Shown here piece by piece: positions 12,496 to 25,809 of a stretch of DNA of 64,000 bases. Both the position numbers and the translations under genes were made by a program. Below the pieces are notes generated by a model. It ran no database searches and was not told where the DNA came from. It was given only the letters and a program-made list of their open reading frames with translations. Within the stretch, counting starts at the first letter, position 1. Each line of letters opens with the position of its first letter. Source of the stretch: Vicugna vicugna (lineage: Eukaryota); assembly GCA_013265495.1 (NCBI GenBank), contig MU062062.1:963651-1027650 (forward strand). The letters are read 5' to 3'.

Positions 12496-15400
12496 GTGCA
12501 TTCTTTCTAGAGAATAAAGCAGCATTCTGGGCAGCAGATTGGCTTTCATATTTTTCATACACATTGTCTAGCATTCAATCAGAAATAACAGAGCAGAAAA
12601 CAAAAATGAAGTGAAACAGTGAACAACAGAAACGGGACTCGGGTGAAACCGTCAGCAGACACGATTCATGTGTTTAAGGAGCGAAAAGAGGAGTCAGAGA
12701 ACGAGGAGTTACCAGCAAAGAACCAGAGGCAGATTCTAGAACAAAAAGCACAGTAGCCACAATTAGTGACAGCAGCTGAGGGAAGGTGAGGAGAAGCTAG
12801 TGAGCTGAAGACAGGTCAAAAAAATCGTGCAGCGTGCAGGACAGAGAGGCACGTGTAAGTCGGGTTCCAGCAAGAAGAGAAAAGGAGGGAGAACATTTTC
12901 TGAAAAAAATGAAACTGACAATAAAACACTGAGCCCCAGGGTCAGAGTCAGACAGAGCCCAGCCAAGCAAAACCAGCCCGAAGTGCAGGGCGGCCCCCGA
13001 GTTGCCCTCCTGAGGCGCCGGGCCTGGTGCGCGCCCGCCGCCGGCTGAGGGCTCTCGGGAAGCGAGCCCCTCTGACGTCTGCTCTGTGTCCACGGGGGAC
13101 TGACGTGTCCCCGGACACTGGAGAAGCCGCTCACGCACTGAGCAGGGACCTGCCGCACGTGCTCAGGCGGAACGCTGTCCTCGGCACCACAGTTGAGTCA
13201 GGGCCACCCGTGGGCTGAGACGTGGCCCGAGGAGCCAGATGTGTCTGCCATGCACCTCGTTCAGAGCTGTCGTTTAAACAACGGCTGGTACCGTCTCAGG
13301 CCTCCGCGTCCAGCTGACCTCTTCACAAGGTCACAGCCTCCGTCTGTGTCGGAGGCTGGGCCTCCGACCGTCACTGGTAACGTACACTGCCCCCGTGACA
13401 GGAGCGCTGTGCTGGACAAGTGTCGGAGCACTCCAGGCAGGCCCAGGGAACGTCGAGAAGGGACATTGGACGGCTTCTCCGTCATGAGCAAAGCTGTCAC
13501 TGCAGGAACTAAATGGATCCTTGGAGTCGTGCTAATCAGCATCAAAGAATGCTTCCTGAACATCTTGGGGAACAGATGAGGGCTTCGTCCTTACCCACTG
13601 GGAGCTTAGGATCAGTGGCTTAAACCACTCCCATTTGTTTGGCTACTGACTGTTTCTCTGACTTTTGCCAAATTTATCCAAACCTGAAGTGAATTGAAAA
13701 AGCGGCATTTCAGGCAGTTTTTAAAACAGCTAGGGGAGAAAACGCGAGCAGGAAACCCTGAATCGGGTGCCACCAGCTGAATCTGCCATCGCGCCCTGCT
13801 GTGGAAGGTGACATCCTCAAGCCAAGACTTCAATCTCTCGCAAACCTGGCAGGAGCGCAGAGCCACCTGTGATTTCTTCTTTTTTATATAACCAGCCAAA
13901 TTAATTCTAAATGAGCGATAAAAGCAAAAGGTTTGCAGCCAGGCACCCCCAGGGAGGACGTCTCTCCAAGCTCACTGGCACTTTGTATTTCTGCCCTTTT
14001 CCGCTTTGGCATGCTGGATCGTATGCACGTCGTATTTGTAAAGAGGAAAAGTCAGGAAAGGCGTTATTTGGGGAGTAAGTTTTCCTCGAGAGAAAGGTTG
14101 TCACAGACAGTCTGCTCAGATCAAAGACAGGCTTCGTGCTGAGCCCCGGCTCCACCCGTGCGACTGCTGGCGCCGGCCGGACGGTGTTTCGTGTGATGCC
14201 CCTTTTATTCATTTATTTTTTTGGCTGCCTGTACCTTCCGCGCAGGTATGAGTCTTACTGCACTGAATGCCTGATACTTCGGTCACAGGAAGCTCTTTTT
14301 CCATCATGAACTATTTCAAGCCTCATGAAAAGCCATGGAGAAAATGGAATGAAGACTCAATACCTCGCGTCATTAAAAGCAGCAGTTTGCATCATTACCT
14401 TAGATTTTATTATTTTAAAGAAATAGATCAGTACAGTTACCGTTTAAATCTCCCATCTCTGCGTCTCCAGTTCTTCCATGCGATCTTTTCTGAACGAGAA
14501 CGCCTTCCACGGTTGGGTATTTATTCAGCCCCAGTACTGCTGTGGCGTTTCTGCATCATGTGAGGGCGCATATTCATAAACAGGGCGTTAAAATTTACCC
14601 ATACAGCCTGAGCCCACAGCATCCTGCAGCTTACGCTGTTTATTCCGTATTTTCTATGGTTTATCTATTCTGACCCTTTAGCTCCAATTCACTCATTTTA
14701 ACAAACAGAGAATTCCGTTGTAGAAAGGCACCGTCTGCGAGGACCCATCCTCCTGCCCGGAGACGCGGCTTCCCTCCAGGACAAGTCGGACCGAGGCCAG
14801 CGTCCTGGGACACGTCTCCGTGTGCGCGTGCGGAGCTCCTCCGGGGAGCACGCCTGCAAGCCCTGCGTCTGGCCCACAGGCCTGCGCCGTCAGGTGTATG
14901 AAACGCCGCAGGAGCGCCCCCCAGAGGAGCGAGGGCCTCCCGGGAAGCTCCCCGTGGTGTCTGACCGGACGTGTCCGGGACAAGCAGGCACGTCCGCCTC
15001 CAGGCCGGCCAGGTCACAGCCGGGCAGGGGGCGATCATAACTTAATCAGCAGCCTGCAGCACAGCGTGCCGAGGTCAGCGTGCCCACGGGAGACCCGCCG
15101 AGCTGGAAGGCGTTCGGGGTTTTGTGTGAGGAAACAGTTAATCCCCAGTCACGTGAGCTGGCAGACAAGTGGTTGCCCAGCTGGTGTGCACCCAACACGC
15201 GCCCGTCTGAGAGTCAGCCCACTCCGTTATGTAATGAACTGCACCCTGCGTTTAATTGGATTGTCAGCGTCCAGCACGTAGGGTTTTACTAATTTAATAG
15301 CATCTGATTAAATGACCCTCACCTTGTAGAAACAGCTTCTCCTTGTCTTTGAGCACGAGTGCTCCTGCCTTACTGCCCCCAACCCGCCAGGGCCGGGGAA

Positions 15401-15554
15401 TCACAGGATACCGCAAGTGGGAGCCACCCAGGGAAGGAGGGAGATGCTCGGGGAGAGCGGGCAAGAGGGTGGCGGGACCCAGACAGCTGAGGACCAGCCC
15501 CGACCGGCAGGGGCCCGACTCCGGCTGCACAGATGTGGTCCCCGCACCTGGACC

Positions 15555-15632
15555 GCTGTGCAGCGTGGAGCAGGGCTCTGACCTCCCTGGCCCGGTTTCC
15601 TCCCCTGTAAATTGGAAACAGCAATAATCCTG
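15555..15632 (+). mobile_element. MIR fragment
   Basis: acctccctggcccggtttcctcccctgtaaattggaaacagcaataatcc resembles the MIR core acctctctgtgcctcagtttcctcatctgtaaaatggggataataat. Confidence 0.55.
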
Positions 15633-17247
15633 CCAGCAGCCACTGAGTCATATACTTTAAATGAATGTATTTCACGGTATTTGAGTTATGTTCTCATAAA
15701 GTTGAGTTTTTAAGAAAGAACAAGAATGTTGGGGGCACCCATGGCTCCCTGGGGGGAGAGGCTGGGGTGTGTGCACTGCGGGGTGGGCGCACAGGCAGAC
15801 GGGGACCCTTGGGAGGCAGGCCCACTGAGGGCCCTTCCTTTATACCATAGACTTGGGGGCAGCCGTGGGCAGTCTGCGCCGGACATCCTTCTCTGCGTTC
15901 ACCAGCGTTCCCCTTGGATTTGAGTGACCACGTCTCAAACGGCACTAGGGTCTCAAAAGTCCCTCAGCCTCTGGCTTCTCTGTCTGACTTTACAGTTGAC
16001 TCAGGAACGAGGGGCGATTCCTCTCCTCTCTCGCTCTCCCCTTCTCTCCACTGCACCCAGCATCACGTGCTCCACCAAGGCGCTGTCGCAGTTCTTGCCC
16101 ACGAAGGATGGGGGGGATTCTTGTCAGTGCACATCACGCCAGTTCGGACCCTTCCGTGAGGGACTCGGCAGAAGAAGAACAGACTCTCGTGAGGCTTCTG
16201 ACCCCACACAGACACCGATCTGTGTTTCGTTCGCAGGACCGGGGCTGGTGGTGGCAGCCCTGCTCCCTGATCCACCACTTCCTGAAGGCCAGCGCCAGTG
16301 TCACTTAAGGTGCCTGATCGTTCACATCCGCTCATGGGAAGTGGCTCAGGAGGCCCGGCACCCCCCTTGTCTGGATGAGGCATGTGAAGGCGGTTGGTGC
16401 TTCCCGGAAAGATGCCCCGTCCCCGGGGTGGGGGACAGGCCCCAGGTCTTTAAGAATGTCAGGGTGCTGTTCTGCGAATGAGGGGGGTCTGTCTTTCCCT
16501 AAAGGCAGAGCAGCGCCTTCACAGCCGTCTGGGAAGGGTTCCAGTCCCCTGCTTAGCTGTGCAGGGGCTACAGACAGCGGCCCCCGGTGACCACACGCAG
16601 TTGCTGTCCCCACGGGCACATCTGCCATCCAGTGACCTCACTGCCGTCAGTCATCCTGATGCTTCATGAGCCGGACGTATAAAACACAGAGAGCCCGGAG
16701 ACTCGCCGTTTTCCTGACGAGCTTTGGAAAGCCCTGTTTGAAAGCGTTTGGTTCCATTGCTTTTTCCGGGGAACAAACGAGACTGCGTGTGCCCGCTGCC
16801 CGAGGGGCGGCTCCTCGGCCCCACTGCCGTAACAGCACCAGCCCTCGCCCTCCCACCGTGAAGAGGGCAGAGGGACCGCGGCCGCGAGCCCAGTCCCCTT
16901 GACATCCTTTTGCCCCTGGAGTATATGGGGGGCCTTCCCCATGGCTGGGGACGGCGCTTTTCCTGAGAACTGTTCCTTCACCTGACAAGTCCTCCCCATC
17001 GACGTGTTCTTTTATATAAAAATGCGTCTCCTTTGTTGGACCAGAAAAAAAGTCAGGGTACAGGACGCCTGTTTCTCTGAGTCCGCCATCACTGACGTCC
17101 CCGGGCCCTGGAATCAGCGGGCTGGTGGTCTGCGTCTTCAGAGACCTGCGGGGCCACCACTGTCACGCAGAGATGTGCTCATGCGGGCTGTGACTGCTCT
17201 TCCTTCTTGGCCGTTTGGGGGGTGGAAAATCTGACGTCGCCACTGCC

Positions 17248-17568
17248 CGCCATGTACTGAATGCTTGTGTCCCCCCAGAATTCATGTGGTGAAACGTAAC
17301 CCCTAACGTGACGGTGTCAGCACGTGGGGCTTTGGGAGGTGATGAGGTCAAGAGGGTGGAGCCTCCTGAATGGGACCCCAGAGAGACCCCCGCCCCTCCC
17401 TCTGCGTGAGGACACAGGGAGAACATGGCGTCTGTGAGCCACGACAGGCTCTCACCAGACAGCGACCCTGCTGGGGGTCCAGGCTCCAGAGCTGGAAGAA
17501 ACAGTGTCTGTCACTCATAAGCCCCAGCCTGCAGCTTTCTGTTGGAGCAGCCTGTTGGGACCAAGACA
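17248..17568 (+). mobile_element. MaLR solo LTR, MLT1A0-like, near full length
   Basis: From ...actgaatgcttgtgtccccccagaattcat through gggaggtgatgaggtcaagagggtggagcc, tgaggacacagggagaa and ctctcaccagaca to the terminal ...ccaagaca. Confidence 0.9.
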
Positions 17569-19080
17569 GCAACCCTGAGCCAGCTAGGGACTCACAAGGA
17601 TTACCTGGCACAGATTTTAAAGGACAGCACGTAAAACCAAGGCATCCAAACCCCATCGTGGCTTGACGGAGCACTGCCCTTGGCTCTTAGACCTGCGTCT
17701 AACTGTCTGTCTACTACAATCTAAAACAACAAGAAAGTGTCACCTTGGTGAAAGTTGTTTTCTATTTTTATTGCATTGCGGGTAGGAGAATTGCTGTGTC
17801 CTCATTCTCATTTGCAATATTCCAAAGGAAAGCCAGGCAGAGCACGATGGCATCCAGACGCAGTCTCTCCATCCAGTGTCACCCCACGCTCTGGGACGAT
17901 GCTGTAGCTGGACTGTCACTGCTGTGTGTTGGCCCTCCTGCCTGGGGCTGTGTCCTTGCAAGCCTGTGGGCGTGTTGAAACTCCAGGCCTGGGAAGGCCC
18001 CATTACTGGTCCAGCTTCCTCTCCAGCACCAGCAGCCCCGGCCCCACATGTGCTCCTGGCAGGGTCCCAGGGTGTGCCCTGGAGCCCAGGGGCCCATCCG
18101 GCCCAGTGACAGCACAGCGTCTCTGCGCCCAGCCTCCCCGCCCGGCGGCTGTCCTTCCTTGTTGCTGCACCCTGGTCATCCCCTCCCTGGGGAGATGGGG
18201 GAGTCTGTTCTTCGAGGATGGCTTGGGCCTCGTCCAGCCTCCGGACCCCAGTTGCCTGCTGCTCTGACAAGCTAGCTGCACGTCCCAGTCACATCTGCAG
18301 GCGCTCAGGACAAACCAGAAGCTGCATATTCCTTTGTGCTCTCCTGCAGAGCATAGACACCTTTGCAGAATGCATTTGGTGGATCAAGACTGTACGTGAA
18401 TTTCTTCTGCAGTATTTTCCTTTCAAAAAAAAAATACATCCTTGATGAAGAAGCTTTTGAGACCAGACCCAGGCTGTTTCTTCTTGAACCCCCTCTTCCC
18501 AGCGTGCAGTAGGTCGCTGAGCCAGCTGTTCACGGGAAGTAGTCACTGCTCCCTGCCAGCACCTGTGGGTAAAGAAGAGCAGGCGCCCGATTTCAGAGGA
18601 TTTTGCTGATTAATTTTCTCACTACTTCCATTCAGCCTGCCTGCTTGGTCCGGAAGTAGGTGTCCAGACTAGAAAAAGAACAGGGAGGGGGGGCTTGAAA
18701 GGATGACAGCAACAGAGTGTGTCCCTGGGGGCATCTTGTAACGAGGGTCACTTCCACAGGTCTCCTCTCCGATTGGGACAGCTTGGACCCCGGCCCCTCG
18801 CCTCCACAAACCTGAGAGCCGGGGGCGGGGCAGCTGCTCCCACCTCCTCAGTGAGTAAGGGGCTTGGGTGCGGCAGGGAAGGTGCATGAGACATGCACCC
18901 CCACCCCCGATGAGAGTAGGAAAGCAATGAATTGTTACTTATGTTGTTGCTGTTCACAGCTTGCTCCCTGCTAATGGTTAATTGTGTAGAATCAACCCAT
19001 CATTTACCACGGAAGCATATAAAAATCATTCCATGGCAGTGTCACTTAAAAATAATCCAGCCCCCCACTGCTCCACTCGA

Positions 19081-19120
19081 CACACACATACACACACACA
19101 CACGGACGGACGGATGGACG
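19081..19120. repeat. (CA)n microsatellite followed by (GGAC/GGAT)n
   Basis: cacacacatacacacacacacacggacggacggatggacg. Confidence 0.9.
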
Positions 19121-19675
19121 GTGTCCTCCTTAGTCTGACGTAAACCCTGTAACTTGAGATGCCGGCTTTTCCTCCGTGTGTGCTCTCAGTCCAAACAGTG
19201 CACTGATCTTGGAAGTTTCTGGAGAGAAGTGAGTCTGGGGAACAGCTCTGTTCATCTTGGGGCAAAACACCCTGCTGGGATCTCGGCCCTCTGGTCTGTT
19301 AACCTGACCTGCACCGCTTACCTCCAGAAGTTCTCCTGGAGACTCAGCGAGATTCTGGTTTCACGATTTCTTCCGTAACTTACAAGCTGCACTCAGATAT
19401 TGTGCAGTTTACTGCTGTTTTGCGTCAGATGAAGATGGAGTATCTTACGTGTTTGACATTCCATGTACCAGGGCATTGAAAGAACTTACGGTAAAAAAAT
19501 CTGTCTGGGGGCTTTTATTCTCTGTCTGAATAACGTCTGTTTCCTCACCAGTTACTGTGAAATCAAAGTGGCAGCCGCATTTCTCCTCACTCTGCGGTGA
19601 TAAATGCGACTTGTGCTTTGTGTTACACTTACGGGCAGTGCGGTGCCCTGATACCGACGGGCAGGGCTGGCCACC

Positions 19676-19890
19676 GCTGACACCGCGAGGGCTGCGCTTG
19701 CTGGACGCTGCCCTGAGCCGGCACAGACTCGCTCTTAGTCCTCCCAGCAGCCCTCGGAGACGGGTTCTGTCACCCCGCTTGCAGCGGGGGAAGCTGAGGC
19801 CGGAAGTTCCGTTAGCTTCTTTACGGTTGCACGGCCGGCAGTGACAAAGCTGGGACGTCACCTGGACCGTCGGATGCGCGACTCTGCGTT
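19676..19890 (-). mobile_element. MIR, strongly GC-shifted
   Basis: ttagtcctcccagcagccctcggagacgg...accccgcttgcagcgggggaagctgaggc...ggcagtgacaaagctggga is collinear with antisense MIR (ttaatcctcacaacaaccctatgaggtag...atccccattttacagatgaggaaactgaggc...gtaagtggcagagccggga). Confidence 0.7.
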
Positions 19891-20697
19891 CCTACCCAGA
19901 CGCCGCTCGGACCCCTGCTTTTCTGTACTATCAGGAAGCCAGGTTGGTTTGTGTTGTTGGGTGTGGCAACTGCCAAATTGCCCTGTAACGACCTAGATCA
20001 GTTCAACCCTTATGAAACTTCATCAGAGGAGAAACAAAAGTTTACTCTGTTTTAGAGAAGGGAAAAAACTGCCTTTAAAAATGAAGTTATTTGTCCACAA
20101 TAATAACCCTGGGATTAGGAGCTGTGGTCTCTGATGCTTTGTGTGGCGCCTGTTCTGTGGCCCACTGCAGTGGTTGGCTAGGAGCCTTCTCAACCCAAGG
20201 GCCCGACAGAGGAGCAGGACTTCGGCTGAGGGGCACCTGGCCGGCCCCCGCTGCCCTGGCTTCAGGCCGTGACTCGCAGCCGCATGGCTGTCTCGGTCGG
20301 CGTTGAGTCGGGAAGCCTGGCCTTTGGAGGAGGAAGAGGCTCGCACAGCTGTTGGACAGACAGCTCTGTGAGGCCAGGAAGGCCCTTCAGGGATCTGGGA
20401 ACCCAAAGGCCACAGGGACGCCGGTGCGCACTCAGGAACATGCCGATGGCCTTGCACCCCGACTGCTGGAGTGCGTCCCCGCCCAGCCCCCTGGGGTGGA
20501 GGGGCCTCTCCTGTCTGCGGCCTAGGGGGAGCCTAGTGGTGAGGGGTCTCAGGGAGGAAGATTCCAGGCTCTATCCGTCCCTGCCTTCAGGCAGGCACTT
20601 ACAGGTGGGGTGACGCTGGCCTCTGCGCTGACAGGCGGCAGCTGACAGGATGGAGGAGGTGTGCGGAGTGCGGGTGCCCTGGGACTCTCTGCAGGAA

Positions 20698-20726
20698 GCC
20701 CGGCCCGGCCCGGCCCGGCCCGGCCC
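20698..20726. repeat. (GCCCG)n pentanucleotide repeat, ~5-6 units
   Basis: gcccggcccggcccggcccggcccggccc. Confidence 0.9.
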
Positions 20727-21817
20727 CGGTGGCAGTGGAGACACGGTGGTGGGATGTGGCCCTGTGGGTTCTCGGCAGCCCAGCTCCCCACAGCCTCCAC
20801 CGGCTCAGGAGGAGGGAGGAAGCGCGACTGGCAGGCGGGGCCGGAGGACGCGCCAGGCAGGGCGCGCAGACTTGGAGGGCTCCGCTCTGACGGGGGCGGG
20901 TGCCCGAGGGCCTTGAGGGAACCTGGCCCACCACGCGGGAGGACCGGGCTGGGCTTCATCCCCTGTAGCTCCGCTGAAAAAAAACACTGCCAAACGGACC
21001 TCTCAGAAGACGCTGATGCTGTGCAACCAGCAGGGTGCTGCAACAGTTAACGTCAGGCTGTTAAAACGTATCTTCCAACTTAGTAAGTGAACATCGGCCT
21101 GTGGCCTTCCTTTACATTCCAGTATCTTTCATCATTATTGAGATAAACCCGTTTCCACTGTTGGTTGGCCATTTCGGATCTTTCATTAATTTCTCGGTGT
21201 GGTAATTGCTGACTGTTTGCCCCAGTATCTGTTGAATTGTCTTTTTTTTCTTTTGGCTTGGCAGTGGGTCTCGATACGCTGTGTTACTTTTTGCCCTCTT
21301 CCCCCCACTCTGATTTTGGATCCCCGTGGTACCTGGGCTGTCTACGCATTTGCACAGAAAGCCAGGGAGGATGTGGGTCGGGGGGAGACCCTCACAGGAC
21401 ATCTAGTCTCTTCTTTGTCTAAGTTAAGACATTTTATTTTAGAGACTTCACATAATTTCTTCCAAATCTGAGAGCCAAGTGATGACAAACTGGGCCTGGA
21501 GCTCAGAGCTTTAGGACCAAATCAACGTCCTTTTTCTCAGGTTACGTTGTTTGGCTGCACGTAAAGTCGATGATCTTCATGCACCGTGTCCTTAGTGGCC
21601 CAGAGGACAACCCCGACGGCCCAGCTGCCCAGTGGCGGGGAAGTCCCGCTTCCTGATACTGAAATTAGGAAGATTCAACGCCGCCATCCCAAATACGGTT
21701 CAAAAAAAAATAAATAAACTAACCAAAAAAATCTGCCCGGCCACCGCCACTACCGCCTGTAGCAGCTGCGGTCGCTTTTGTAGGAACTCGAATTTCTTGT
21801 TTCTGTTGAAATCTTAC

Positions 21818-22100
21818 CATGTTTTCCAGCCGTTCCCTTCCCTGCCCCCCCCCGCCGCCGTTCGCTGAAATACTGAATACATGGACTTCCGTTATTTCCC
21901 TTTAAAGTCACCCACACGGTGCAGTCGCTTGCGCTTAGGCCCTTACCTAAAAACTGGGAAAACAAAGTGACGCCATCTTCTCCTCGCAAATGTTCTTCAG
22001 ACGTTTACCCAGAACCCACGATGCACCCTTCGAGCCCAGGGGCCGATCAAGGAGGAAAAGCAGCTCTCGGCCCTGTTCAGTGCACCCCCCCAAAAAGCAA
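21818..22100 (-). promoter_or_regulatory. Candidate first (5') exon / promoter of an unidentified minus-strand gene, with two alternative donors
   Basis: Minus strand GGAAAACATG|GTAAGA (junction 21818/21817) and TTTTAG|GTAAGG (21947/21946); YY1-type AAGATGGCG (21971-21979); ETS-type ACGGAAGT (21885-21892); CpG-rich flanks. The TSS position is a guess. Confidence 0.5.
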
Positions 22101-23370
22101 ACAAACAAAAAAACAAAGCAAAACAAAAAACCCAGTGCTTTGAGAGCTAGAAGGCAGGACATCGGCGGGAGCTGACCCCTCCGGCCCGGGGGGTTGGGCT
22201 GCTCTGACTGCGGCTGGGTTCTGGAGAGGCACCGCGGGTGAAGCCGAGGGCTGGGAGGGAGGGTGACGAAGGCCCGTGTTGCCCTTAGTTTCTGCAGGTC
22301 CTCACCCCGCTCTGCACCCAGGAGCCGCCAGTCCCCCGGCTTCTCAGGCTCCCGGTCCAGCTAGCCCCCAGCTTCCCCTCCCCCCCACAAAGGGCAGTGG
22401 CTCCCTCGGCCCCCTTGGGCCTTCCTGTCAATGACCTACAGGTGATTTCCCACAGTTGCAGTAGCCAAAGTGTTTTCAGTTTTCCCAGTCAGCAATCGTT
22501 TCTCTCCCTAAAGACCTCTGCTGAAAGTTCTTGATGTGTCATTTTTCCTCCTCTCAGACCGCAGAATTCAGACCTCCTCTTCTAATCCATCAGTAGCACT
22601 CGGTGACGCCCCCCGCGTGCTGAGCGCCCCCCGGGCGGAGCATGCGGGGCGGTCATGCTGAGGCCGCCTAGCTCGGCCCTGGAAGTGATCGTGTGAGGTC
22701 GCTGTTTTGCAGGGACAATAAACACACTGCCCTTAGTTTCACAGGGGGTGAGTTGCAGAAGCAGCATTTGTTCGCCAGTGTGGCTCCTTTTAAGTCCCTT
22801 ACTCTTAGCAGATACTCTCAGGAGTGTTTAAAGAACTCTGGAATTTAAGTAATTGCTTCATCTCTCTAAGTTTCTTTTGTCACAAAGATACTAATGAAAC
22901 TCCTTCCTCTGAGGGATTTCTGTGGGGCCAGCGGGGATGGTTTGTGCAGGTGGGTGGGTGCACGTCCCCCAGAGATGGCCGCCACCACTCCCTCCTCCTC
23001 TGGGGGGGGAGGGTGGGCCTCTCTCCCCTCCCCTCAGTCACCTTGCCACTTGGTTTGGCCAATAGGATGCAGCAGCAGTGACCCTGGGACATTTCAGGCG
23101 AGCTCACGGGAGATCCAGATTCACTCTTGGGGCCTTGAGCACCGTGGAAAGAAGCCACCTCATCTCCCAGAGAGGACAGGCATGTGGGGGGACCGAGGGC
23201 CCCAGGCGGGGCCCCAGCATGGGAAGGAGGCCTCCTCAGACCTTCCAGCCCAGCCCCCCAGCTGCCGGCTGAACACGCACTCACTGGTGGCACCCACAAG
23301 ACCAGCAGAAGGCCCACCAGCCCTCCCACACGAGAGCAAGAGTGGATAAGCTCTTGCTTCAGGAACTTCA

Positions 23371-23391
23371 GTGTGTGTGTGTGTGTGTGTG
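23371..23391. repeat. (TG)n microsatellite
   Basis: About 10 uninterrupted GT units. Confidence 0.95.
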
Positions 23392-25809
23392 ACATGTCTG
23401 TAGAGGTTTCGCCTGGTGGCCTAGAGCAGATGTCCAGGAATGGCAGTGCCGGTCCCGTCCCCTTCCCTCCCGTCCTTCGGACAGACCAGACCTCACTCAG
23501 CAGGAGGCAGGAGGTGTGTCCGCTCTTTTCCCCGATTCCCCTCCCCATGCTTAGCCCTGCGCAGGGCATCGTAAGATGTTTGAATAAAAGCAACTCAGCT
23601 CTCTATAAAAAGGACTAAGCCTCAAAAGAGGTTTAAGTTTTCGGACTGGCCTTCAATCAACTGAAGTTTGAGAAATTGTGTCCAGACAGCAGACTTGTAT
23701 ACCCAGCTCTAAGCATTGTGTCCAGTAACCACATTGTAAACGCAATGTGAATTTTTATATGTTGCTCATCAAGCAGACTTTTCTTTATTCCTGTGCCAAT
23801 TATGTGCTGTCTTAGCTCTTGCATTATTTGGAAGCTTTTCTATTTTTCCACGTAAATGCTCACATGTTTGTGAAGGACTGACTCCTTGAGAACAAGGGCG
23901 TCATAACACTGGGCTGAGTCCTTGGCACACAGTGGAACTCCTTCCTCGTGTGAAGAGCCAGATGATTCTTAAAAATATTTCCTGGTGATCACAAGTTAGC
24001 ACAGGTTATTTCAAAACAGACAAAGATACATAAGATCTGCTCTAGGCTCATGAAAGGAAAGTATTTTTGATAAGAAAAGGAGCAGATTCGCTAATTTTAT
24101 AAACAACAGAAGGCAGATTTGTGTGTGTGTATGTGTGTGTGGTGAGGGGTGTGTGTGCGAGTACTTGCCTCTCTGGATGTGTCTTTATGAGTGTGCGTGT
24201 GACCTTTGGCTGGAATTGGACAACTGAGCGCTTGCCAACAGTGACAGGGAGCAGCAACACTGACATTTTTGGTGTCGGAACGTCCCCCTTCATTTACCGC
24301 AGGCTAAGCCAGCAGCCCTTATTGTACTCCATAAACAACAGAACCAATGAAAAGACTCCCCATAAAAATTAAACTGTGGAGCCTGAATTATTTATGTGGC
24401 TTCATTTGTTGGATGCATTTTGCGCCGTTGAGCCTTGCTCCTTCCTAATGTCAGAAGACTATGAGGAGCTGTAACAATCTTCAGGGGATGGAAGATTTAT
24501 CAGCCCCTGCAGGGGGGCCGGGCGCCGAGGAGGGCGATGGAGGGGCCTGCGGAAAGGAGCCCGGCTCCGCTCTGCGTGCCGGCCGGGAGAACGTGCACGT
24601 TGTCGCCCACGTACTTTACGCGGTAGGAGCACAGTTTGACCAGTACCTATGTTGACTTTAGAACTGCATGTTAGTCTTTTCCAAAAACAACCCCATAAAA
24701 ATGTCAGTACTTTTATCGGCTACTTGCTCCATCCACTGAAAAGCGAGTTCACGTGTAGACCATGGAGGAGCGCTGCAGTCACCAGCTCGCTGGGGGACGT
24801 GACACTTTAATTCTGCCGCCGAAGCCAGGCTGGCAGGTCCGCAAACCAGGAAGGCCGATGGGGAGACACGGCAGAGAGCTCTCCCTCCCCGCTGTCTTCT
24901 CCACCACAAAGGGACTGGCACGTGTTCCCTCGTGAAATGCAAATGGGCTACAGTCAGTGGCCTTGCGACACCAGCTTTTCCTCTTCACTGCGGCAGCGCC
25001 AAAGTTTTCTGGAACAGAGAGAAGCCATCATTCCAGTCCTGACACAAAATGAAAGCATCCTTGTGGGAACAATTTTGAAAATGTATGAACTTCATAAAGT
25101 GTTCCGTTTTCCACACTGAGTTTGGCTGCACAATCAGATCATCAGCGCCCAGGAAAACAGCCCAGTAAGGCTTCAACCCTTTGTTTGTACGACCCTGATA
25201 CAGACGAAGGCCCTTGCCAGGTCGCCCGTCGGTCAGTAACAAGACGCCACCTCCTGTGCCCGGCGAAGCCGAGGGCAGAGGTGGCCGGGGCTTCGGTGAC
25301 AGCTCCCGAGGAAGCTGCTGCGGGTTTATTGCTACAACCACACCTTTGACGTCCACGCGATGAGACTTAGCGAGTCTCCTTATCAGGTCCACACTTAAGT
25401 GGCTGCCTAGTCAGGTGAGAGAAAAAAATGGGACTGTCAGTCCGTTGGTAACCATTTTCTTTCCAGCTTGAACCGGCAGCTCCAATTTACTCCCAAAGAA
25501 TGTAACCATCGGAGACAGACCGACACCGTGAACTGCCGTGAGCACGCCAGCTGAACGCCCTCCGGCCCTTCCTTCAGGTCTCGAGACAAGGGGTGGCTTT
25601 GAAGGAAAACCAGGTTTTATTTTAAGATTCACCAAAAGTGCCAAGAACGTTAGATTTTTCTGACAGAGGCAGGAGGATCCGAACAGTTCTTAGTCAGGGA
25701 CACAGCTTGGCAACCAAGTCTTGATTTGTCAGAGAAACGGACTTTAACCCACTGACCAGGTGTTGAAAGAAATAAGGTATGTGATAGTCAAGTGAAAAAA
25801 ACATGAAAA

